NCBI RefSeq assembly: GCF_041956535.1
Contig: NW_027192200.1
Location: 51,398-115,397 of the forward strand
Origin: Calcarisporiella thermophila CBS 279.70
Lineage: Eukaryota; Fungi; Calcarisporiellomycota
Reading direction: 5' to 3'
DNA: 64,000 nt
The notes beneath the pieces are model-generated. The model worked only from the letters and a program-made list of their open reading frames with translations. It searched no databases and had not been told where the DNA came from. Every line of letters starts with the position of its first letter. Within the stretch, counting starts at the first letter, position 1. Positions 1 through 13,435 of this stretch are shown piece by piece. Made by a program: the position numbers and the translations under genes.

Positions 1-3000
1 TCGCAAAGGTGTCATAGAGAGCCAAGTGCGCTTTTCGACCATTTTACATAGATCAAGTGCCTTACGAGTAAGTTGTGCCCACCCACGTCTTAAGCAAATT
101 TCGAATATAGCGCGCAAAATACGCCCCGCACTCTGAGTCACATAGACCATGTCTGATACAAGAGCAAAGCCCTCGAGACGCAGTTGCGAGATGTAAGCCT
201 GAAGAAGCACATTGATTTTTGCCGTTGGCTCTTCCATACTCTCCTTCACTGGTATAGGCACACGTTCTAGCAGTTTGGTCAGCTCAAGCTTCTCTTCCTC
301 ACGTATGGGAATGAATCGGAACTCGTCAGAGAGCGCAAATACACGGAAGAGTTCGATGTGGCCCATAGTTGGACGTAGATGCTGGTTGTATGAGCTCATT
401 GAATTATGCGAAATGTAGTAGTGTGATGCGATACGGCCAAGCTCTGTAACCTGGAAACGTCCTGTTTTGCGCTCGTACTTTATCAAGTTGCAGTTGTCGA
501 GGATGGTCGCCGCAGAATGGATAAGATCGACTCGTTTCTGCTCCAGATACTTGTCCTCTTCTCGTTCCTCGACAGAGATGCCATACAATGTAGGATTCTG
601 CAGCATTCTCACATACAAGTAAGTATATCCAAGCCACTGTACGGCCTCATCGCGATTGCGAATAGTCCCGAGGACTATCTCTGCGTTGAGCATATCGGCA
701 AGACGAGAGATGAGCTGACTCTCGATTGGCAATTGAGTGTTCAGCAGTGAGAGGTAGTACTGTAGTTCGGAATGTTGAGTAATAATGATGCCTTCTCCGA
801 ATGTGTCATACTGGGGTCGACCTGCACGTCCCAACATCTGGAGCACATCCTGTGGGCTTAGCTCCACCCATCGGCCCTTTTCGGGCGAATAGATTTGAGT
901 TCCCTTGATGATGACCGCATGTGCCGGAAGATTAACACCCCATGCAAGTGTTGCTGTCGACACGAGCACTTGGATATGTCCATCTCGGAAGAGTTCTTCA
1001 ACTAAAACACGGTCTGGCCGAGTCATTCCAGCATGATGGATCGCGAATCCATAAGGAAGCAGATCTTGTAGGTTGGTATCTTTTACTGTCTGCGCCTGGT
1101 CAGTTAAGAGTTCGCGATTTGCAGAATCCTGCTTGATAAATTGCGATATCGTGTCCTTTTCAATTGCCATATCTCGGATAGCCTTGGCGGTTTTGGCGGT
1201 CTCCTTTCGTGAATGGACGAAAACGAGCACCTGATTTTTACCGGCTTGGCTCATAACTTTATCATATGTTACTTCATTCATAACCTAGTGTTGCAAAGGT
1301 CGGTTAATCCTTCTTCAATATTTACATTTTATCCTAAAAAATGCACTCACTTGGAATCGCTTTATCGCCTTTTTCTCGGTTATCCCGACAAATTTTTGCT
1401 CCAATGGGCATGGGCGATAAGAGCTATCGAAAAAGAATAGCCCTTTTTTCGGGTCCACATGTAAAAATGTCGCGACATCTGCATAGTTCGGTAGTGTAGC
1501 CGACAGCCCCACCAGACGCACATGTTCTTGAGTTTGTTCGATTTGACGCAGTGTACGAGACACGATGCTCTCCAGGACAGGCCCACGCTCATCATGAAGC
1601 AAATGAATTTCGTCAATAATAATAAGACGGACGAGATTTGTGTAGCTGCGATCGGTTGCTTTGCGAGTTATAATGTCCCATTTCTCGGGCGTTGTGACGA
1701 TAATTTGAGTCTCTGCTATCTGCTGTTTTGTGAGCTGATGGTCGCCCGTCAGCTCCGAGACTGTGATTCCATACGGCTCCAGCAGTCGACCACGAAAGTT
1801 GGAAACCATCTCTTGCACAAGGGCCTTCATTGGAGCAATATACACGATTTTAAAGGCATCTCGGTCGATTTCCCCTGTTTCTTCGTCGCGGTATTTAGAT
1901 ATTTCATTAAGAATAGTGAGCATTGCCACATTTGTCTAACAAATGATAATATTAAAAACCATTAATATGAAAAAAAGAAGTTTGGAAACAAAAATATATG
2001 CCTACCTTTCCTGCTCCAGTTGGCGCACATAGGAGCAAATTTTCATCATCGCCAAATGCGACAGGGTATACACGACTTTGAACGCGGTTAAGAGATTCGG
2101 AATTCTTGAATGCCGCTTGCGCCCACTCTGGAAGATCCGTAATCGGAACACGTTTCTCGTCAGCCCCAAGTGGCTTTGGCTTGGGAGCGGGTACAATAAT
2201 CTCCTCATAGCTTTTCGCTTTACGTTTAAATGAGCCGTCGGGCAACTTGCAGCGTTTGTTGGACATTAGGTGCGAGCCTTGCTCAAATGCCAAAGATTCC
2301 AAATCGAGGATTGCGCGGGGAGCAACAGTGGTACCTGGTTCGAGAACGAGTTTATTCGGTAGAGGGGCCCGTTGCCTATGATCAACATCCATGGATTCTT
2401 CAGCTATTCCCCGTGCTGCACCGCCCTCTCCTTTTTGCACTCGCTCTCCACCCAGCTCTTTCAAAATCCAGCCGGCTCCCTTTTCCCGCATCTCTGCCTC
2501 TATCCGCTCTCGCTCTTCTTCACTTGACCGTTCAAGACGAGTCTTCCATACGATTAGTTCGCGATTCCGTGTCAATATGCGTACGAGGTCAAATTTGTCA
2601 TAATCGAACAGAGCCATAAGTTCGTTTTCACAGTCACGTGTATTAAGCGCTTCCGAAGAGAGAATATCCATAGTTGCTTTTGTTTTCTCCTGTGCTGTGT
2701 GTGGATCCATATAGTAGGTGGCAATAAGACGCTGTAGCCAGAAGGCGTCAATATCATGTGGTGAAATTTTGTCATTAGCAGGCTTCTCGTTCTTTTCTCC
2801 ATTAGCGGTGGTGACAATTTCCTCATCAGCTAACATATCACCCCACCCCTCTGACTCTTCAGCATTTGCCTCGCCTTCCGGTAGAGTTGCACCAGTTTCG
2901 GTATCTTCCAAGCCCTCTTCCTCTTCGTCTTCATCCCGCACTTCGTACACATTATCTTCATCCTCTTCCTCTTCATCAAATACTACCGCAACGCCGAGTT

Positions 3001-3619
3001 CTCCCATCTCATCTACGCCGATATTATCGCCATCGACATCGAGCTTCATTCCTTCTCCCTCTGCGCTGTAATCTGTTATTCGCTTTCCAAGACCTACAAG
3101 TTGTGCGAACTCTTCCGATGGTAACTGAGTGCCAAGAATTTCCTCAATCTGTTTTTTTCTATCGAAATCTCGAAGCGCGTCATTTTTGAGGATGGCCAGC
3201 ATCTCATCGGCCGCACTGTGGATCACCTCACGTGCTGCAGCATCATAATATCTATTCACAAAAGCTAATATAAGATCGTACGCCTCGCGCGTCTCTTTTG
3301 TGCGTGGACGGTAGATTAGGCCCTCGATGTCTTGCGTAGCAGCAAGCACGGAGGAATAATCATATCCTCGCCGCAGACTACCTGCGCCTTCGCGTTTACG
3401 ACGTTTCCTCTCCGCATCAGGCTTCTTTGGCTTCTTCTCGATCTTCTCACGCATTGCCCTCGATCCCATCTCTCGCGGGTCTATCCGACCCCAAAGTGTA
3501 TCTGGCTCCCCTGATGGCTCATGATCTCGCCGTGGAAGCTCAGATCTGTCCGCTTGAAGGACAAGATTTGAGTTGGCCGTGTACTGGTATTGATTTTTTT
3601 GGGCGATATTTTCGGCCAT
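1..3619 (-). CDS. BRR2: U5 snRNP 200 kDa RNA helicase Brr2, 5' part; runs off the left edge
   Basis: N-terminus [18 protein letters not shown]-like region, Walker [10 protein letters not shown] across an intron, DEIH box, GLSATLP. Introns 1936-2005 (GTAGGC..TAG) and 1285-1350 (GTGAGT..TAG). Exon 3 ([10 protein letters not shown]...VFVHSRKET...[14 protein letters not shown]) is open to position 1. Confidence 0.97.
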
Positions 3620-3819
3620 GATTATTTAGATCGTGATCAAAAAAAAAATAATGGAAATACGGTACTTATGTTTTGATGACGTTTTGAATTTAGTCACAAA
3701 TCGGTGGCTTAGAATTTCTTTCTTCGTGTTATTTATTTTCAGAGGGGATGTGGTATAGCTAAAGTTCTTCCTCTTTTCTCGCCTCGTTTTTTCTTGTTTC
3801 AGCGACAACAAATATCGAA

Positions 3820-5202
3820 ATGGTACGTATTGTAAAGATGAAGTATGGACTGGAGATAGCCGTTGGATTGATGGATTAGAGATGGATGGATGAATGTGTT
3901 GGATGATGGATGGATGGCAGAGAGTAGAGACAAGTTAACATGTTCACCATCAACTAATCCCTCTTCTTACACAAAACAGAGTCACCGTAAATTTGAGGCT
4001 CCTCGCCACGGTTCTCTCGGTTTCTTGCCACGCAAGCGTGCTGCTCGTCACCGTGGTCGCTGCAAGGCTTTCCCTAAGGATGACCGCTCCAAGCCCGTCC
4101 ACATGACCGCTTTCCTCGGTTACAAGGCCGGTATGACCCATGTCGTGCGTGACTTGGATCGCCCTGGCTCTAGTAAGTGTTGGACTCCCTCGCATTTTGT
4201 GTTCTTACATTTTTTCTTACGTTTTCGTCTGCAGAGATGCACAAGAAGGAGATCGTCGAGGCCGTGACGGTGATTGAGACACCCCCCATGGTGGTTGTCG
4301 GTGTTGTTGGCTACGTTGAGACTCCCCGTGGTCTCCGCTCGCTCACCACTGTTTGGGCCGAGCACTTGAGTGATGAGGTCAAGCGCCGCTTCTACAAAAA
4401 CTGGTACCGCTCAAAGAAGAAGGCCTTCACCAAGTACGCCAAGAAGTACGCTGAGGGCGGCAAAGAGGTCGAGCGTGAGTTGGAGCGCATCAAGAAATAC
4501 TGCTCCGTCGTCCGTGTCATTGCTCACACTCAGATGCGCAAGGTGCGCATCGGTCAGAAGAAGGCCCACTTGATGGAAATCCAGCTTAACGGTGGCAGCA
4601 TCGCACAGAAGGTTGACTGGGCACGCGAACACTTCGAGAAGACCGTTGATGTGTCCTCCATCTTCGAGCAGAACGAATATATCGATGTCATCGGTGTCAC
4701 AAAGGGTCACGGTTATGAGGGTGTCACCCACCGTTGGGGTACCAAGAAGCTGCCCCGTAAGACTCACCGTGGTCTCCGCAAGGTCGCCTGTATCGGTGCC
4801 TGGCATCCTTCCCGTGTCATGTACTCCGTTCCCCGTGCCGGTCAGAACGGTTACCACCACCGTACCGAGCTCAACAAGAAGATCTACCGTATCGGCAAGG
4901 GCGACGACAAGGCCAACGCCTCCACCGAGTTCGACCTTACTGAGAAGCGCATCACTCCAGTTGGTGGCTTCCCTCACTACGGTATTGTCAATGAGGATTT
5001 CGTCATGATCAAGGGTTGCTGCGTTGGTGTCAAGAAGCGTGTTCTCACCCTCCGCAAGTCTCTCCAGACCCACACAAGCCGCTTCGCTCTCGAAGAGATC
5101 AACCTCAAGTTCATCGATACCAGCTCCAAGTTCGGTCATGGTCGCTTCCAGACCGAGAGCGAGAAGAAGGCCTTCATGGGAACTCTCAAGAAGGATTTGT
5201 GA
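3820..5202 (+). CDS. RPL3: 60S ribosomal protein L3 (uL3)
   Basis: ATG-only first exon 3820-3822; introns 3823-3979 and 4173-4234. Spliced product [21 protein letters not shown]...[11 protein letters not shown], with strong codon bias. Confidence 0.98.
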
Positions 5203-6241
5203 GCTGTTTCAAATTTCTCTTGAATTTGAAAATAAAATATTCTCTTTTCTTACATTTCTTCCATTTTCTTTTCGATGCCACCTTTTGACCCCTCCCAAAA
5301 ACAAATACTGAATGAAATAAAATCATCTAATGTTTAATATGCTAAAATTCATTGAGTCCTTGTGTTGGATATAATTTCTAATAAAGGCACTTCGGAGTGG
5401 TACCGTTGAAATAACAGATAGTAATTCAAGCTAATCTGAAACCCAGGAAAGCATTTATTTTTCTCCTAGCTCATACCAACGAAACACTACATTTAATGCT
5501 CTAGATATAATAAATGGCACCACTTTTTAATCATTATAAAAATCTTTAGAATCATTATGTGGTTAGCTTGAGACTGCTAACACTGTTCCCACTACAACCA
5601 AGAGCAGCCCATAATAAGCAAATGTTCATTAAGGATGAAAACGTTTTCGTTAGTATACAACCATGGATTGAGATCTAATCAGAGTTAAAAACAACGCGAA
5701 AAAAAGAGCAAATTAATGGACATGATCCTACTTCTATTTCTTTCTCGATAAATGTAAAAATGCTCTTATCAAATTAGGCCCAAAAACACTGGGAATATCT
5801 TACTGAATGACGCCTATTAAAGTAATTATTGAAACCATCTAGCAGCTAGACCATATATGAGATCTAATAAAAGAAGCTTAATTAGCGGTAAAAATCATAA
5901 GTAGATAACATTCTTCTGCGAACTCTCGTGTATATTTTTGTTTATGCGATTCAAGTCCAGCATATATAGTCCGATATTAAAATTCCCGCGATTGATGTTT
6001 ACACTTGGAATTTATTTGATTTGGTTTTACCACAAAATATTGATAATGTGGAAGAATCCATAGCATAGAGGATGAGGTTATAGATACAATAATAAAATAT
6101 TAATATGTATTGTGTTTACAAATCAAATCGCATTATATTTAAGCTAAATAATAAACGAAAGTGTAGCAAAAAGAAAGTATTTAGCTGCAAGGAGAGGGCC
6201 GGGGGGAAAAGTGAAAAAACACTCTCTAGAACACATCTCCT

Positions 6242-7831
6242 TTAGTTAGCGGGAGCCTGCTTTGGCTCCTCAGTCTCCTTGGTGGGCTCTGGCTTCTTGT
6301 CTCCAGTTTCGACGGGCTTCTCGGTGGGCTTAGGCTCTTCCTTCGTCTCAGAAGGCTTCTCAGAGGGCTTGGGTTTCTCAGAGGGCTTCTCGGAGGGCTT
6401 CTCGGAGGGCTTGGGCGTCTCGACGGGCTTTGAAGCGGTGGGCTTTCCAGAGGGCTCGAGGGTGGTGCTGGGCTTTTGGGAAGACTTGGAGGGGACGGCG
6501 CTCGACTTGCTTGCCTTAGCACGGAGGAGTCCGACATCGAATTCAAGGCGCACTCCCTTCTGCTTGTAGGGAATGGTGGCGGCAAAATCGCCGATCTTGG
6601 TGCTGACAACCGAGTCGATATCGACGTCGATGCCGTCGGGATGGTTGTTAAGGATGTCGATCAGAACCTCCTCGCTGGCGGTGAGGGCAATGGTGAGCGT
6701 GTCGGAAATCTTCTCCTGGCCGTGGGGGACCGCGATGTTAGTGTCTTGGTCGAGCTCACCCAAGGGGCCGTTCTGGTACGTGATCTTGGCCTTCATGTGG
6801 GTTACAGTGAAATCGGTGTCAAGAGGGTTGAAGAGCGAAACCGTGCCGGTGGTCTTCTTGCTGATGATGGCATCGATGCTGGCAACGGCGCGGGACTTGC
6901 GGATCAGCTTATCCTTCACTCCCGTCACGGTGGCAGGGACCTTGAGGGAGGCAAGCGAGGGCTTCAGCGAGTCGATGGGAGTCGAGTCGGTGGTTCCGAC
7001 CACGACCATGTCGGAGGTTTGACCCTCGAGGTATGCCGAGAGGGCGGCGGCGCCTGCGGCAGCACCATCTCCAGTGGGATTGATGACAAGACGCCCGGTG
7101 ATGGGGTTGGCACCGCGCTTAAGGTTGAGGGCCTTGAGCGAGAGGCTGCCGATCTTCTTGTCCTGATACTGGACGTCAAATGAGACATCACCGGTGTTGA
7201 TGGCGATGTCAGAGGGATTTTGGAGGGTCGAGGTCAAATCGATCTGAATGCCATCCTTGGTGCCACCGACCACCTTGAGCTGCTCGACCTTAAGGGGCAC
7301 GGAGGTCAGGCCGCTCATTCCCTTGAGGGTGACGTCGTTTGCGAAAGGAACTCCCTTGAACGCCTGCTCGCCGCCGGCCGTCTTGGCAACAACATCGGAG
7401 GTACCGTGCAGGTTAATGGTGGCCTGCGCTTGGGTGGTGAAAGTCTTGAGCAGCTCTTGGATTTGGGCGTGCTTGTCAGCGGCTCCCTGGAGTGGCAAGT
7501 CGGCGAACTTGAAGGTAAGCTGGCCGTTGCCGGAGCTGGCGGGGGCGCCTTCGGGAATAGAGAGGGTAGCAATATCGTCATTGCCGTACTTGACGATGGC
7601 GTTGGCCAAGTACTTCAGCACTGTGGCATCGCCATCAGCGGTGTACTTCACAGTGACGGAGTCGGAGGCGGAAAGAGGAGAGTAAGGATCGCCCTTGGTG
7701 AAGTCGAGATCGATCGACTTGAGCTCGACGCCGTTAATGGCGAAGCCGCCGTCTCGCTTTTCAACGGGGGCACCCTGGCAGGTCGCCACAAGAGCCAGAG
7801 CAGCAACAATAGAAGTGAGTGTGAGTTTCAT
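6242..7831 (-). CDS. Secreted protein with tandem DUF3712/LEA_2-like beta-sandwich repeats and a K/P/S/E-rich tail
   Basis: Intronless 529-aa ORF. Signal peptide, Kex2 site (VEKR), repeated motifs (LQNPSDIAINTGDVSFDV; LFNPLDTDFTVTHMKAKI; GVPFANDVTLKGM) resembling fungal DUF3712 proteins. Family assignment is from memory. Confidence 0.75.
   Translation of the reverse strand: MKLTLTSIVAALALVATCQGAPVEKRDGGFAINGVELKSIDLDFTKGDPYSPLSASDSVTVKYTADGDATVLKYLANAIVKYGNDDIATLSIPEGAPASSGNGQLTFKFADLPLQGAADKHAQIQELLKTFTTQAQATINLHGTSDVVAKTAGGEQAFKGVPFANDVTLKGMSGLTSVPLKVEQLKVVGGTKDGIQIDLTSTLQNPSDIAINTGDVSFDVQYQDKKIGSLSLKALNLKRGANPITGRLVINPTGDGAAAGAAALSAYLEGQTSDMVVVGTTDSTPIDSLKPSLASLKVPATVTGVKDKLIRKSRAVASIDAIISKKTTGTVSLFNPLDTDFTVTHMKAKITYQNGPLGELDQDTNIAVPHGQEKISDTLTIALTASEEVLIDILNNHPDGIDVDIDSVVSTKIGDFAATIPYKQKGVRLEFDVGLLRAKASKSSAVPSKSSQKPSTTLEPSGKPTASKPVETPKPSEKPSEKPSEKPKPSEKPSETKEEPKPTEKPVETGDKKPEPTKETEEPKQAPAN
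6340..6425 (-). repeat. Coding 12-bp tandem repeat encoding (KPSE)n
   Basis: gagggcttctc(a/g) units encode KPSEKPSEKPSEKPKPSEKPSE. Confidence 0.85.
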
Positions 7832-10800
7832 GATGAACTTCTAGTGAATGTGTGTCAGTGAGAGGTAAAGGCAAAGTGATAGAAGGAAAGAATAGGATGA
7901 AGATGAGGCGGAACTTGGAAATAAAAAATAAAAAATTTAATACAAGGTCTGTACCTCCCCCCTTTTATATTCTTTTTTTGCTCCCCTCCCTTTCTTCCTA
8001 TTCAACTTTCTTAGAAGAGTTAGAGTTCATTTGCATTTCGGAAGTTACCCCAGATCTATAATGGAGCTGTGAAAGCGGTCAATCCAAATTGGGGGGGCGC
8101 ATTCCGGTGTCGCCTCCTCTTCTTAATTGCGGTGCATTGTGTATGACAAAGAGCATTATCGCAGCATATTGAGGCTATATTGTGTGTCACGGAGTTCAAA
8201 ATGAGCTGAATATCCACGGGTGAGAACGAAGAGAGTCTGTCTGAGCTGATAACTTTAAACTAGGCAGCGAATGCATTACCCCTCCCGGCTCCGTGCGATA
8301 AAGGTGAGAGGCATCTAAGATAAGCCTTAGCTCAACTATTCCTTTCTGCCACTGCTATATGGAGCCGAGCAGTGCGGTTTGCTTGGTTTGCGACCTCTCA
8401 TCTTGCTGAACCTCCAAAACTCAGATTAGGTTTCTCTTCTCTCAATCTTGGCCAGGGATGTGACACCTGTCCGTCTTGGTCGATGAGGGAGGGCACGGCT
8501 AGAGGAAGAGGAGGGGTGGAAGCCTTCTCTTTGGGATTCCGCCCGATCGTTCTCTGGCTTGTTCCCCCACACACGGTCCACTTTTAAAGTTCTTGTATAT
8601 TGTCATACCGGCGGAACTTCTCACACGCTTAGAGTATAGGCAAAAGCGCTTCACTCTATACCCTCAAACTCTTTTAGCAAAGATGCACTTAGGTGATTGA
8701 GTATTGCAATGAAGAATAGAAAGTTTGAGGTGTTTGACGGCATTGTCACTTACTCACTCCTCATCATCCCCTCTCCTTCCCCCTAATCACATGCGGGATC
8801 ATGCGCAAGTACAAGAGTGATGGTGGAGGGGATGGGCGGCGAGGGGGGTAGCAGACGTCCCAACTCTATCCATGAGTTTCTTTCAGAGCGCGCATATTCC
8901 AGCAACTACTTAAAAAAAACTTCTTTTGTATCCCATATTCCGCGTATCTTAGCGGTTGATTTTTCCCGTCAAGGAATACACAGTAAGGAGATTTTGACAT
9001 TGCTAATTCTTATTACAAATAGGACCTTATATTGACCGCGTTCCATTTCACACTCAGCGCGGTTTGCACCTCTCTCCCTTCCTCTCGTCCCCTCTTCCCT
9101 CTCTCGTCCTTCGTCGAGAGACGTCACCTGATGCCCGGCGCATAGGCCGCCGCGGTCGGCAACGAGTGGCCGGATAAAACATCACTAGCCTGGGATTTCT
9201 CAGAAAAACTTTCTTGGTTCTCCCCTATACTAAGAAAGTCGGTTTGTGACTCATAATCTAATTGCGGGGTAAAATAAACCTTGAATAAACTCTATCATGA
9301 TTGCATTTGTACATGAGAAATTGGAATCCGCGTAGAGAACGGTTTCCTCTTTGATTTCCCATTCTCCATAATTTCACGAGGAAGCGGAAATACATGTGAA
9401 CTCCCGCTTACAAAAGAAACTAAAAATAGCCCTCGTCGCTAGTAGCACCGCATTTACTTTTCTCCTTTCACCCGCCCTTTTCTCTTGTTTCACGGCCCAC
9501 TAGACTATGCACCGATAAACTGATGTTTCTCCATGCTAAAAGCGGCGAGCACTGGGAAATTAAAATGAGCGAGCAGTATCTGGTTCACGGCCATATCCCT
9601 ATGATCAACGCATCATCAAGGGCAGCCTCGGCGCTTATAGCCCCTTCAATGAGGCTGAGGCTAATTCCAAAGGAATCGTGCAACCAACCCAACCCAAAAG
9701 CAAAGGCTATCGGCATTGCGCACGAAGGTTCGACCCATGAAGCGGTCAACAGCGCAACAAAGCAACCGTTTTGCGTATTGATCCTCTCTTCTGATGCAAC
9801 CCACTCGAGCTGGTCAGCGCTGGGGAGTTGATTGGGTTCTCAGATAAACTTGGATGTGCCAGAATTCAGTTCAATGACGATTCGCAAGCATCGGCGTATT
9901 TGGGTTGCCTGAGCCTCTGCCTCCAACGGAAAGCTTATGCGCTGTCTGCGCATTGGTGGGCTTAGTGGTATTTTGCTGCTGCCGTTACTAGACGTGCCGT
10001 TTTGTGAGCTAAGCGACGGCGCACCTCCAGCCTATTTCTTGGGCGATTGCGTCTAGGTCAAAGCGCCACGCTCAAACTGTATCCTCTCGGCACTAAATCA
10101 TATGTCAGAGGGGACGCCATCTACCATCTATCTTGTTTTCCCTTCCTTTTCGGAACAGAGTATGTTCTGCTTGTGCCATCGCCAAGTGTTGGACGCTCCC
10201 CCTCATAACCTCTCACTTGAAAAGTAGCTATCACCACCAGAATTTGTAACACTTTGACCGATCCCATGCTATACCTCGACCAACCTGTCTTCTAGTACCT
10301 CTTGGTTTGGCCAGGGAACCCCCAATACCCCCCCCCCCCCTAGCACTGTTCCAAATTGATCATGAATACCTCGGAGATTAAGATCCATTTTGCTATCGAT
10401 AGAGGTCAGCAGTCAATGTCGTTAGTGGAACGAACGGATATCTCTGGAGCCATAGCTCATGGTGCAAAAACTTCACTGCATTGGATGGATATTAATGTTC
10501 TTCCCAATAATATAACCTAAAACTTAACTCTACAAAAGGTATAGGCTGCTGAATGACAGGCCTTCTCCTTCATTCTAACTTTCCAGACATAGCTTAGCCG
10601 TTTGCACAATGGAATTCTTAATTATGTTAATCTTGAGCTTCATCGAAGCTATGTACCTCGTAACCCTCTACACCCATCAGGCCCCTGTATGATTTTTATC
10701 CACGTAACAGTTTGCCTTTGGAATGTATAAGAAAATCTTTTTACTTGAAAAACCAAGCATCAGCTAAAAAGATAAATGGTTTCCAATATAAGATAAACTT

Positions 10801-11079
10801 TTGCTGATGACAGAAATGTACTGTCAGTCACATATTAGGCTGGTGTGCTAATGGTGAGTGGTCTCGTTGGCTGAAAAAGGCTGTTATTTGGATTCATTTC
10901 CTGCAATTTCATATATAAGAGTGATGCTCACGAATCCTATACTAATTGACAGTCACGGGTGATGTCAACACAGCGATTGTTTTCCAGACTTGGTCGAAGT
11001 AGATCTATTTGTTTTAACATCCCCCAACACCACATAATAAACACACGAGACTGGGAGAGAAAGCGAAAGTGATCACAGC

Positions 11080-11608
11080 ATGTCGACAAAAGTGCAAAAG
11101 ATTATGGTTCAACCCATCAACCTGATTTTCAGGTATCTGCAAAATGTGAGTAGATGTGTGATTCACCTTGTAGTACGATTGAATTTTCTTTCATCAGCCG
11201 AAATTAATTGTCTCGCGTTGCTCTGTCTTTAGAGATCAAAGGTTCAGGTCTGGCTTTATGAACAGCTGGACATGAGACTTGAGGGTCGCATCATTGTGAG
11301 TTGATAAGGTCGCTTCTCTCCCATGATGAAAACATTTGATTAATATTTTTTATTTTTATTTCTTGGCCGGCAGGGTTTTGACGAGTTTATGAATTTAGTG
11401 CTGGATGATGCTGAAGAGATCCATCAGAAAAAGCAGACACGAAAACAACTAGGTACATTTTCCTTTCTGCCGATTTTCCTTGATCGTACATCACTCTCAC
11501 CCCTGTAATATATACTAATAATTATACGCTTGCTCTCTCTTTTCTAATCTAGGTCGCATCCTCTTGAAGGGAGATAATATCACGTTAATCCAAGCAGTGA
11601 GTCAATAG
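11080..11608 (+). CDS. SME1: Small nuclear ribonucleoprotein SmE (absent from the ORF track)
   Basis: Exons 11080-11145, 11233-11295, 11374-11452, 11553-11608 splice to [87 protein letters not shown]. Confidence 0.97.
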
Positions 11609-12021
11609 GGTGTGCCGAGCCCGATGTGGCTAGAAAAGTTCGGGGGGCCGATATCTTCTTATACTTTGTGTGCGTGTTTATTCAAGTCTATCCCTTCTAT
11701 TGTAAATATATAAAGATATTTGCTTTATATCGCTCAGTTGCTTTGGCATTTTTGTATAAATGAGGGAGACTGTGGAAAAGTGTAAAAAAGGGAAATAGAG
11801 TGGAAGAAAAAAAAGAATCCAGAGGAATAACAAGCCATAAAATTAATTCTTTATTTTAAGCCATAAAGGAAAACAAAAAATGCTTTGCTTTATACACACA
11901 TACACAGTTCATGATTATCCTTATCGACCATCGAGGATGAGCCCATCCCCCGCTTAGATTTTTGTTTTTTTAGAAGAGACATTGGTATCTATACACGTCC
12001 CTCGCCTTCACAATGCCGCAT

Positions 12022-13435
<1,414 letters not shown>

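Noticed and set aside
4411-5139. 242-aa antisense ORF over RPL3, and similar antisense ORFs over enolase, LYS2, the RING gene and the secreted genes
   Set aside because: Expected shadow of strong codon bias and high GC; no motifs.
9720-9745. GGTTCGACCC, resembling a tRNA T-loop
   Set aside because: No T-stem pairing and no cloverleaf.
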